DNA from: an uncultured Candidatus Poseidoniales archaeon | Lineage (GTDB): Archaea; Thermoplasmatota; Poseidoniia; Poseidoniales; Thalassarchaeaceae | Reading direction: 5' to 3' | Length of the DNA: 64,000 nt | Assembly (NCBI GenBank): GCA_902573015.1 | Contig: CACGIE010000003.1 | Span: 10,589-74,588 of the forward strand | In this document: piece after piece, positions 10,798-18,976 of the stretch | Position numbering within the stretch: the first letter of the stretch is position 1 | Layout of the letters: every line of letters begins with the position of its first letter | The notes under the pieces: model-generated | The model's database searches: none | Told to the model about the DNA's origin: nothing | What the model saw: only the letters and a program-made list of their open reading frames with translations | Translations under genes and position numbers: made by a program

Positions 10798-11347
10798 AAG
10801 TATTCACAAATTCTGAGTCCTTTACAGAATTGGCAACCAGAGAAATCCACAAGCAACTGACGGCAATTCCACAGACGGCTGCAACAAGGGGCGGGGAGCC
10901 AGGAAATATTCTAGAGAATGTATCCAAGATAATCAATGAAAGCATACGAGACAGATAACCCTCTGTGTGGTCATTTCCATACTCTCCGTATCGATCTGCA
11001 ATTTGAACGAACCACCATCCATCTTCGGCAATAGGAGATGGTTCTGCGAATTGTGGACTTAGTATTATTAGAAGAAAAACAAGATTTATCGAAGTCAACC
11101 TTGTAATGGGAGTCAACTTATTCTGAAATCCTGCCATGGTAAGTGTGGCAATTGACGCCCCAATCATAATTGGAATCATGGGCGTCCACATGAATCTAGA
11201 AGCGTAAGGCGACGGAATCGACTCTTTTGGATCATCTGGGGATAGGAAATACAGAATAAAAACAAGGATCGCAAAAATATGTCCCAAAATTACGATTGGA
11301 TCGGTATTACGAATTTTCATTATCGCATCATTAACGCTGAATTTCAA

Positions 11348-14300
11348 CTATTCACCCCTTGTACTAATCCAAACTACCAATACAAAGTTGGCAAATAGGC
11401 CGTAAAGGATAAGCATTATCGGTAACTTATCACCTTTGATGTGAACTAAACTATCTTCTCGGTCTAATATCCCATCTCCGTCCTGATCGAATATGCAATC
11501 CGTCGATGAGGTTGAGGAGTTTTGCAGAGTATAACCTCCTGAGGTACACGGCCTAAATTCGGCAGAGCCGGATGTTGAAACAAATGTGTTTATCGGGGCA
11601 ACTAAGCATGAAGTGGCTCTGTTTTCGGGTTGGTATGTCCCTGGTGCGCACAGTGTTGGAGATGTTGATCCCTCCATTTCCGCAAATGTTCCCGGAATTG
11701 TCCCCCTGCAGTCCGAAGATGATTTTGCCCGGGGTTCGGGAGAAAATGTGCCAACAGGGCATAGACTAGGGGCTGAAGATCCAGCAAACGAGAATTTTCC
11801 TGCTGGAGTTTCGAGACATTCGTCCCCCCTTAGCCATTCTTCCGAGTTCCTATACGTCCCAGCAGGGCACATCTTTTGCTCAGAATTTGCTTCAGACTTG
11901 GCAAAATATCCATTTGAAACAGAAATACAGGATATCGATCCAAAATCGGGTTGATATGTTCCAGGCGGACAAGGTAGGGCGAGGTTTCTAGAATTAGTGG
12001 GAACATAATAACCCGGGTCAGAAGTCAAACATTCGTAAGATCCAGAGTGTGGTTGATAGGTCCCATTGGGGCAAGTTTTTTGTTCTGTGGAACCCATTGA
12101 ATCGACGAAACTTCCAGGATCAGAGAGTATACAAAATGAGGAGGAGTGCGATGGTTGGAAAGTTCCTAAGTCGCATGGCAACTGAGAAATTGTTCCGTTG
12201 TAGGGAGAAAAATATCCCGGATCTGTTTGAATGCAATTAGACATGCCCTGAACTGGCTGATATGACCCTGGTGGGCAAGGAATTTCGGAATTATTGTCCA
12301 TAGATAGATAGTATCCCTGTCTGACAATACGGCACTCATCTATTGAAATTGAAGACCAAATTTCATTGAAAGAACCATTTGGACATGGGGATTGAGATGT
12401 CGAACCCGTGGAATCGACGTAATTTCCGGGAGAGGATGCTAGACATTCTTGTTGTCCCAACAACGGTTGAAAGGTCCCTAAGGGGCAAATCTCCACATTA
12501 TTGTTGGGATTGATGAAAAATCCAGGCATTGATAAGCAATCTGATATGGATTTTGACGCTAAATTGACTGTAGTCGAGTTTCCAGGACACTGTATTTGAA
12601 AACTTGACATCGCAGAATCGACATAATATCCCAACTGAGACTTGATACAGCTTGAGGTCGATGTGTTTGGCTGAAAGAAACCAGGAACGCAAGGTAACTG
12701 CCTTGTTTCTCCAATTCCATTAGTGTAATTTCCAGGCGATGATTCTATGCATAGCGATTGTCCAGATATTGGTTGGAATGAACCTGGTTGACATGATATG
12801 GGAGAAGGGCTGCCAATCGGAGAATAGGTTCCAATCGGAGATTGCTGACAAGTGGCAATAGAAGTTGCGCCGATTACTGGTGAAAATGTGCCCGGAGGAC
12901 ATGGACTCGGTGAGGAAGAGCCCTCATAGTCGATGTAGTGACCGGGGGGAGAAGGTATTTGATTCGGTACACCACCAAGGGAGAAGTACCCAATTGATGT
13001 GTTTTGACAGGATTCTAGGGATGTTGCTGATTCTTGATTCGAATATGTTCCTGGTGGGCAGGGAATCTGCGATGATGCCCCTATTGAATCAACATAAAAT
13101 CCAGGAGTGGCTAATTGGCAACTAAACTGTCCAGGATATGGTTGGAATTCCCCTAGTGGGCAGGGAGAAAATGCAGATCCGCTATTTTCATCGATAAAGT
13201 TCCCCGGGAGTGGGCTCAGGCAGTCACTAATTGAAGTAGAATTAATTGATATTGTAGATGAGTTTTCTGGGCATTCATTCTGAGTGGAAGAGCCATTAGA
13301 ATCTACATAAAATCCTACATCAGAAGACAAGCAAGTAGACTGGCCCCCAAGAGGTTGAAATGTGCCCAATGAGCAATTATGGAAGGAGTCGCTGCCCGAT
13401 AATGAGTAGTTTCCGGGAGGCGTAATTTGGCATTGCAATATTGAAACGGAAGAGGAGTTGTAATTGTAGGTCCCCACTGGACAAGGTTTCTGTGATGATG
13501 CAGCGAAATCATCAACAAAATAACCCGGAGATGAAGGATGGCAATTAGACTGCCCTTCTAATGGCTGGAAAAATCCTCTAGGGCAAGGGAATGTCTGATT
13601 TGAGCCAATGATGTCAACATAATGTCCAGATGGGGAAATTAGGCATATTGATTGAGAAATATTGGGCTGAAAGTATCCAGCCCCACAGGCTATCTGGAAG
13701 GTAGAGTTCTCAGATTCAACGAAAAATCCTGGAGATGAGTCGATGCAATCGGAGCTCGACCAATCTGGTTGAAATTTCCCCGAGGGGCATGGTATCGGTT
13801 CGGAAAAACCCTGAAGAGAGAAGGTCCCTGGTGGACTTTTCTGACAACTATTTATCGAAGAAGAGCCAAAATCTGGGTTATAGGTCCCTGATGGACAAGG
13901 AGTCTCGAAAGAAGATCCATGTCCTGGGACATAATAACCTGGATTGGCCAGAATACAGTTATTTTTTCCGACGAGATTCTGAAATTCCCCAGGAGGGCAT
14001 TCTTTTCCAGAAGTTGCCGAGGCGACGTCGGAATAGTTTCCCTTGCCTGCATTAATGCAACTTCCTTGTCCCGAGGATGGTTGGAAGGTCCCTGGTTGAC
14101 AACTAAACTGGATTGGAGAACCTTCCGGAGTCCAATAGCCCGGGTCGGTAATTTGGCAGTTATCAGCTATCGAGCCACTTTCATTGGAAAATGTTCCAGG
14201 GGGGCATGGTATCGGAGATTCGGCTCCCATGAAATCAACATATGTGCCTGGAGGAGAAACTGTGCATGAAGTCTGTCCGAAGTTCGATTGGAACGTGCCC

Positions 14301-14680
14301 ATCGGGCAATTCTGGAATGAAATTGATTTAAACTCCGGAATGAAGGTTCCAGGAGGAGAGTCTTCGCAATAATGGTAGCCAAATGACCCGGGGGGACATA
14401 TTATCGATCGTTCGTAGTCTCTTGGGAAGTCATCTGCATGATTCAATACCCCATCTTTATCATAATCGAATGATTCCAGCTTAATTCCCCCCATGATAGC
14501 TGATTCAGTTTGCTGAACCCCAATTCTAGAGCAAGATAGTTCGGATGCGTTAACTTCTACGTAGCAATAATCATCCAATCCAATTGCCAAAGTAGGGTAT
14601 ATTGCCGGAATTAATGACGATTTCATCCCCCCCCCAGCAGTCAGATAGTCCGTCCAATTCAAGAATGCAAATTGAACCAA
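11348..14680 (-). CDS. Giant Cys-repeat cell-surface protein. It has GCC2_GCC3/ephrin-receptor-like CPxGT(F/Y)QP modules, Asp-rich Ca-binding-like motifs and a C-terminal TM anchor. It is probably the C-terminal part of a fusion with the upstream RCC1 ORF.
   Basis: By hand count there are ~28 C-x(9-16)-C modules, for example CPPGTYQPDFGSISC, CPLGTFQPLLGQQEC and CQPGSFQPISGQSLC. Each is followed by (S/D)PG(Y/F)(Y/F)V. DYDKDGVLNHADD lies near the N-terminus and DQDGDGILDRED near the C-terminus. The last ~25 aa are hydrophobic (LPIMLILYGLFANFVLVVWI). There is no convincing signal peptide of its own. Confidence 0.75.
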   Translation of the reverse strand: MVQFAFLNWTDYLTAGGGMKSSLIPAIYPTLAIGLDDYCYVEVNASELSCSRIGVQQTESAIMGGIKLESFDYDKDGVLNHADDFPRDYERSIICPPGSFGYHYCEDSPPGTFIPEFKSISFQNCPMGTFQSNFGQTSCTVSPPGTYVDFMGAESPIPCPPGTFSNESGSIADNCQITDPGYWTPEGSPIQFSCQPGTFQPSSGQGSCINAGKGNYSDVASATSGKECPPGEFQNLVGKNNCILANPGYYVPGHGSSFETPCPSGTYNPDFGSSSINSCQKSPPGTFSLQGFSEPIPCPSGKFQPDWSSSDCIDSSPGFFVESENSTFQIACGAGYFQPNISQSICLISPSGHYVDIIGSNQTFPCPRGFFQPLEGQSNCHPSSPGYFVDDFAASSQKPCPVGTYNYNSSSVSILQCQITPPGNYSLSGSDSFHNCSLGTFQPLGGQSTCLSSDVGFYVDSNGSSTQNECPENSSTISINSTSISDCLSPLPGNFIDENSGSAFSPCPLGEFQPYPGQFSCQLATPGFYVDSIGASSQIPCPPGTYSNQESATSLESCQNTSIGYFSLGGVPNQIPSPPGHYIDYEGSSSPSPCPPGTFSPVIGATSIATCQQSPIGTYSPIGSPSPISCQPGSFQPISGQSLCIESSPGNYTNGIGETRQLPCVPGFFQPNTSTSSCIKSQLGYYVDSAMSSFQIQCPGNSTTVNLASKSISDCLSMPGFFINPNNNVEICPLGTFQPLLGQQECLASSPGNYVDSTGSTSQSPCPNGSFNEIWSSISIDECRIVRQGYYLSMDNNSEIPCPPGSYQPVQGMSNCIQTDPGYFSPYNGTISQLPCDLGTFQPSHSSSFCILSDPGSFVDSMGSTEQKTCPNGTYQPHSGSYECLTSDPGYYVPTNSRNLALPCPPGTYQPDFGSISCISVSNGYFAKSEANSEQKMCPAGTYRNSEEWLRGDECLETPAGKFSFAGSSAPSLCPVGTFSPEPRAKSSSDCRGTIPGTFAEMEGSTSPTLCAPGTYQPENRATSCLVAPINTFVSTSGSAEFRPCTSGGYTLQNSSTSSTDCIFDQDGDGILDREDSLVHIKGDKLPIMLILYGLFANFVLVVWISTRGE
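11500..14401 (-). repeat. Degenerate in-frame tandem array of ~30-35 codons per unit that encodes the Cys-pair modules
   Basis: The periodicity is seen at protein level. The DNA copies are diverged, so this is not a CRISPR array or a satellite. Confidence 0.7.
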
Positions 14681-15647
14681 AACCAGAAGAAATTATCCTG
14701 GGATTTGTCAAATTGTGATCTATCTTTACAGGGGATTCCGTTGCTTCGAACCCAAGAGATTCGAGATTGCCCCAGCATTCAAAGTCGCCTGAAAAGGTAA
14801 GAGCGCATGTGTAATATTCTCCAAGTGAAATTGCTAAAATCCTACCGAAAACATGGGTTTCATTCCGCAAGGGTGGGCTATAGTCAATATTCTCCTCAGA
14901 AACTTGGTTATGCGAGTTATCGCCCCAGCATCTAACTGTTCTATCGGATAAAATAGAGCAAGCATGATGTTTCCCGCTCGAAATAGAGATTGCCTTCTCC
15001 GAACGTCCATCAATTATCTTAGTGGGAGGAAGGGGTGGGTTCTGTTGTGAATTGAGCGGATTATCTCCGAAATTCCCCCAGCACCAAACACTCCCTGCTA
15101 GCGTTAAAGCGCATGAGTGAAATTTCCCTGAAGAAGAAGAAATTGCCGCTTCTCCGCCAATACCGATAACAGAAGGAGGGGAGAAAAATTCATTCTCAAT
15201 CTTCCCGGAGCTTTGTCCGAACGAATCCTGACCCCAACAAATCACCAAAGATCTTTCAGAAATCGAGCATGTATGTCGATATCCAGAGCTAAGACTTGCA
15301 AAATTTCCGAATTCCCCTGTTTCGATAGAGAAAAAAGAAATTCCACTACCTTTAGAACCTAGTTGACCATAGAAATTTCCTCCCTTACAGTTAACTGATT
15401 CTTCTTGCGCTATCCAGCAAACGTGATCCTTTCCGACGGAGATTTTTGATCCCTCAAACCCTTCTTGGAAACCTATTGCCTCACTAATGCTCGAGCCTGA
15501 AGCGTCAGAATAGTTTTCGGAATCATCTACAACGAATGAGTTTTTCATTGACGGACTGACTAGATAAGACGACAATATGATCATTACCAGCACCAAGCGC
15601 CGAGAGTGAGAAGACACCTTTGGGCTCATGGTGATTCTTGGGGGCAA
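14571..15647 (-). CDS. Secreted RCC1-repeat (beta-propeller) protein, probably the N-terminal part of the giant surface protein
   Basis: The N-terminal hydrophobic signal is LVLVMIILSSYLV. At least 6 RCC1-like blades are present: CKGGNFYGQLG, CWGQDSFGQSSG, CWGNFGDN, CWGDNSHNQV, CWGNLES and CWGG. Confidence 0.75.
   Translation of the reverse strand: MPPRITMSPKVSSHSRRLVLVMIILSSYLVSPSMKNSFVVDDSENYSDASGSSISEAIGFQEGFEGSKISVGKDHVCWIAQEESVNCKGGNFYGQLGSKGSGISFFSIETGEFGNFASLSSGYRHTCSISERSLVICWGQDSFGQSSGKIENEFFSPPSVIGIGGEAAISSSSGKFHSCALTLAGSVWCWGNFGDNPLNSQQNPPLPPTKIIDGRSEKAISISSGKHHACSILSDRTVRCWGDNSHNQVSEENIDYSPPLRNETHVFGRILAISLGEYYTCALTFSGDFECWGNLESLGFEATESPVKIDHNLTNPRIISSGFGSICILELDGLSDCWGGDEIVINSGNIPYFGNWIG
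14627..14635 (-). repeat. G9 homopolymer on the coding strand at ...DCWGG, lying between the RCC1 ORF and the Cys-repeat ORF
   Basis: Read directly: catCCCCCCCCCagcag on the + strand. Removing one G reads ...LSDCWGGMKSSLIPAIYPTLAIGLDDYCYVEV... continuously. Confidence 0.9.
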
Positions 15648-15738
15648 CGTGTATTAAAAAATCCATTCTCGCACATCCTCGTAGAGTAGTTTACAAAGTA
15701 CTGAAATTTGGATTTGATACAAGGGAAATCGTGATAGC

Positions 15739-17448
15739 ATGAAGAAGACATGGGTTGCAATCATATTTTGCTCACTTGTCCTCTCTGTATTGATTGGAAA
15801 GTATTTCGAAGGAACGGATCCGTTGCCATCGGATTTTAATGATGACAGAAACAAGGAAGTTGTAATATTCTCATCATTCCAAGAGTTCTCTATTGACTCC
15901 GGGGTTGATTTCATGGAGAACGAAATGGATGTCATTCCACCTCTACCTGCAGGTACTAGAATCTTTCAAAGACAAATTGACATCATTGGGGATCCGATAG
16001 ATTCGATGGGAGATAGTGTTTGCATAATTACCGGAGACTTAGGGAGTCTTTGCTGGCAGGGAGACGAAGGAGAATATCAAGTTGAAAGAAGAAGTTCAAA
16101 GCATGTAGAAGGATTGCCAGAGGGAGGTTTCGTTTCCATTGCAACTGGACAGAACCATACATGTGCAATGCATGATTCACTCATTGGTATAAGTTTGGTT
16201 TGCTGGGGCTCAAACTGGTACGGGCAGACTGGCGGGAGTTCGCAAACTAGTACAAACTGGAATGTTCTGCAGGCCGAAAATGGAAATTGGACTTCACTGG
16301 ATGCAGGAAGAATTCACACTTGTGGAGTAAGCGGGGGCGATGTATTTTGTTGGGGGGATGGTTCAAGGGGGCAGATCGGAGATGGGTTTAGTTCGCAATC
16401 CAGTACCCCAATTGAAATCGAAATTGGCGCTGAAGAAATTGTGAAAGTTATCTCAGGCAGTTTTCATAATTGTGCCCTCACAGGGCTAGGAGACGTTTTC
16501 TGTTGGGGATGGAACGGATTTGGGCAGATTGGGGATGGTAGTTTTGATGATGCATTTGTTCCAAGAGAGGTGATCTTTCCTAACGGGGAAATCATTGAAG
16601 ACATAGAGGTAGGGGAATCCCACAATTGTGCAAAAGCAAGGAGTGGCTCGATATTCTGTTGGGGAAACAATCTAGAAAACCAGATCTCGCCAAACAGAAA
16701 TTATTCCTCCTCGATTCCAGTAAAAACATTTCAAAATGTTGCTAGAGATGAGGTTATTTCCTTGGGGGCTAGTAGTTCGTGTGTGATTTTCAGTCATGAT
16801 TACGAATGTCTGGGAGAATTTAGAGATCATCAAATTCCTGATTTGAGTAGAATTACGAGTTTTTCTTCTGGGAGTGGTTTTTTCTGCTACATTCTACATG
16901 GAGAAAATGTAAATTGTAGAGGTACGAATGTTGACTTTGTACCTAGGGAAGCTCTAACTATTTCTCCGCCGACTTCAGTATGGCCCGGGTTAATTTCAGG
17001 AGTTGTGCTCACCGAAGAAAGTTCAAATCATCGAATCATGAGAGTTAACGAAAGTGTTCCACTGGCAAACATTTCATTTGTAGTTCAATTGGGAAGCGAT
17101 ACGGATTTCGATGGATGGTCTGATCTAGAAGAGGAGGAGTGCGACTCAAATAGTGCAGAAAGACTGTCAAAGCCAATTGATACGGATAAGGATGGTGTCT
17201 GCAACCATATCGACAATGATGACGATAATGATGGTTTTTCAGATGATGATGATTCCTTCCCATTGGACGTAAATGAGTGGAAAGACAATGATAAAGACGG
17301 CATAGGGAGTAATAGTGATAGTTTCGAAGTTACTACCCCTGTGGTTGGCGCAATAATTACCGGTTCGATACTCTTGATTATTTTTCTCTTGGAGGCACGA
17401 GAGATTTTTCAACTCTCCAGAACTTTTAATCACGAGGAAGAGGAGTGA
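15739..17448 (+). CDS. RCC1-repeat surface protein with Asp-rich (thrombospondin type-3-like) Ca-binding motifs and a C-terminal TM anchor
   Basis: The signal anchor is WVAIIFCSLVLSVLI. About 7 blades are present, including CWGSNWYGQTGG, CWGDGSRGQIGDG, CWGWNGFGQIGDG and CWGNNLENQ. Asp-rich motifs are DTDFDGWSD, DTDKDGVCNHIDNDDDNDGFSDDDD and DNDKDGIGSNSD. The C-terminal TM segment is VVGAIITGSILLIIFLL. Confidence 0.8.
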   Translation: MKKTWVAIIFCSLVLSVLIGKYFEGTDPLPSDFNDDRNKEVVIFSSFQEFSIDSGVDFMENEMDVIPPLPAGTRIFQRQIDIIGDPIDSMGDSVCIITGDLGSLCWQGDEGEYQVERRSSKHVEGLPEGGFVSIATGQNHTCAMHDSLIGISLVCWGSNWYGQTGGSSQTSTNWNVLQAENGNWTSLDAGRIHTCGVSGGDVFCWGDGSRGQIGDGFSSQSSTPIEIEIGAEEIVKVISGSFHNCALTGLGDVFCWGWNGFGQIGDGSFDDAFVPREVIFPNGEIIEDIEVGESHNCAKARSGSIFCWGNNLENQISPNRNYSSSIPVKTFQNVARDEVISLGASSSCVIFSHDYECLGEFRDHQIPDLSRITSFSSGSGFFCYILHGENVNCRGTNVDFVPREALTISPPTSVWPGLISGVVLTEESSNHRIMRVNESVPLANISFVVQLGSDTDFDGWSDLEEEECDSNSAERLSKPIDTDKDGVCNHIDNDDDNDGFSDDDDSFPLDVNEWKDNDKDGIGSNSDSFEVTTPVVGAIITGSILLIIFLLEAREIFQLSRTFNHEEEE

Positions 17449-18848
17449 AAATAGTGATTTCTTTCGGCCTTGGAATAAAGATTTATGATTCTCTGCCTCA
17501 AACTATCCAAGGAATAATTGGGAAAATATTAGCTCCAATTCCACTGAGTTGGAGAGGTCACAGAGGAGTATTCAATTTGGCAGAAAGAATCTCCGAACCA
17601 ATTACAATCGATGAGTTAAATGAAAAAGAGAGTGAGGCCTTGTCGGAACTGGTAAGACATGCTTACGAAAATGTTCCGTACTACAAGGACTTGTTCTCAG
17701 AGAAGAAAATTGACCCTAGAGACGTAAGGTGCATCACAGACCTGCAAAGTTTACCAATACTAACAAAGAGCGATGTGAGAAAAAATGGAAGCGATCTTAT
17801 TGCCAGTGATGCAAAGAAATATTCTCCTGGAAAGGTTAGAACATCGGGCTCTACCGGGGAACCTCTAGAGTTCCTAATCGATCAAAGAACAAGACTCTCA
17901 GAATATGCAGCGGAATGGAGGTGCATCCTAGAAAATGATGGGGAACTAGGTGGTAAGACGGCAACATTTCGAGGAAATTACTACAGAAACCATCGAAAGG
18001 TCGGAGCAAGCTGGTTCAGACACGCATTGTCGGGGGATTTGATTTTCAATACGTTCTCGATGGACGAGGAAACCTGCAGGAAATATATTACAAAGTTAAG
18101 GAGTTTCAGTCCTGAAATCTTCAGAGCTTTCCCTTCAAGCCTATCCCATCTTGCTAGATTTGTTGAAAGAGGTAAAATCAACGAACATGCTATCGCCTTT
18201 TGCTCTTCTGAAATGATGAGCGAAGAAATGGAGGATTTGATTCAAACTAGAATTTGTAACACTGTAATAAACTGGTACAGCCAATCGGAGTATGTACTAT
18301 CTGCCGGAACGTGTAGAGAAGGAAACATGCACATCAACTCGGAGTTTGGAATAATCGAGGTTCTCGATGAAGAGGGAAAACCGGTTCCAGACGGTACAGT
18401 TGGAAGATTAGTAGGAACTAGTCTTACGAACTTCTCTCAGCCGTTTATAAGATATGATTTGGATGACTTGGGTGCAATATCGGAAACTCGCTGTAAATGT
18501 GGTAGGCCCCATAGGATCCTACAGAGAATATCGGGCAGGCATTCCGATCTGATAGTCACTCCCGATGATAGGACCCTGAGTACTGTACAAATGCAACATT
18601 GGTGGAAGCACCAAGCAGTCAAAGAATGGGATTTAGATCACTTTGATTGGATCCAGTTGATTCAAACCGATATTTGCTCTTTCAGAATTCTTGTAGTTTC
18701 AAAATCCGGAGTTGAGATTCAGAATTATCATGAAAATATGGAAATGGCATTATCGGATCTCTGGGGCACAGAAGTTTCAGTTTCTATTCAAGATTTAGAC
18801 ACGATGCCCCATGGGGAGAAGTGGAGATTCTCGAAATCAGAGATTTGA
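17445..18848 (+). CDS. Adenylate-forming enzyme of the phenylacetate-CoA ligase / coenzyme F390 synthetase (CapK-like) family
   Basis: RTSGSTGEPL AMP-binding motif, ~460 aa, layout typical of the PaaK/CapK family. Its GTG start overlaps the upstream stop as GTGA. Confidence 0.7.
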   Translation: MKIVISFGLGIKIYDSLPQTIQGIIGKILAPIPLSWRGHRGVFNLAERISEPITIDELNEKESEALSELVRHAYENVPYYKDLFSEKKIDPRDVRCITDLQSLPILTKSDVRKNGSDLIASDAKKYSPGKVRTSGSTGEPLEFLIDQRTRLSEYAAEWRCILENDGELGGKTATFRGNYYRNHRKVGASWFRHALSGDLIFNTFSMDEETCRKYITKLRSFSPEIFRAFPSSLSHLARFVERGKINEHAIAFCSSEMMSEEMEDLIQTRICNTVINWYSQSEYVLSAGTCREGNMHINSEFGIIEVLDEEGKPVPDGTVGRLVGTSLTNFSQPFIRYDLDDLGAISETRCKCGRPHRILQRISGRHSDLIVTPDDRTLSTVQMQHWWKHQAVKEWDLDHFDWIQLIQTDICSFRILVVSKSGVEIQNYHENMEMALSDLWGTEVSVSIQDLDTMPHGEKWRFSKSEI

Positions 18849-18925
18849 TGGTGGACGCTGGGGGATTTGAACCCCCGGCCTTCTGGTTGCAAACCAGACG
18901 ATCTTCCAGGCTGATCTAAGCGCCC
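18849..18925 (-). tRNA. tRNA-Ala (anticodon UGC) with genomically encoded 3' CCA
   Basis: Folded by hand: GGGCGCT/AGCGTCC acceptor stem with the G3:U70 Ala identity pair, anticodon loop TTTGCAA, T-loop GGGGG-TTCAAAT-CCCCC, then A-CCA. 77 nt. Confidence 0.9.
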
Positions 18926-18976
18926 TAACCAGTCGGAGAGGCAACTCATTATTGAGTCAAACCGTAGTAATGAAGT

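Larger units (their letters stand above)
9648..11347 (-). pseudogene. Large polytopic membrane protein, possibly a glycan polymerase or GT-C. It is present as three overlapping ORFs (10670-11347, 10267-10791, 9648-10382) broken at two homopolymers.
   Basis: All three fragments are hydrophobic and lie in consecutive frames. The breaks coincide with a C7 run (10791-10797) and a C9 run (10338-10346), both at WGG codons on the coding strand. No WWDYG (AglB) motif is seen. Confidence 0.5.

Noticed and set aside
9648-11347. The possibility that the fragmented membrane protein is the archaeal oligosaccharyltransferase AglB.
   Set aside because: No WWDYG motif or DK/MI motif could be found; only SWWSPLQ occurs. 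The function is therefore left open.
11553-14382. More than a dozen 60-120-aa ORFs on both strands inside the Cys-repeat gene, for example 11586-11954 +, 13735-14055 +, 13919-14269 + and 12498-12692 -.
   Set aside because: They are shadow ORFs of a long, compositionally biased gene. They have no motifs and overlap a far longer, coherent reading frame.
11500-14401. A regular ~100-nt periodicity that could be taken for a CRISPR array or satellite repeat.
   Set aside because: The periodicity lies in frame inside one long ORF and is conserved at amino-acid level (CPxGTFQP...C) rather than at nucleotide level. There are no identical direct repeats with unique spacers.
18849-18976. An integrative mobile element or prophage at the tRNA-Ala that bounds the island.
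   Set aside because: No integrase, transposase or phage-like gene is visible, and I saw no repeat of the tRNA 3' end inside the window. The island reads as a variable glycosylation locus, not a recognisable mobile element.
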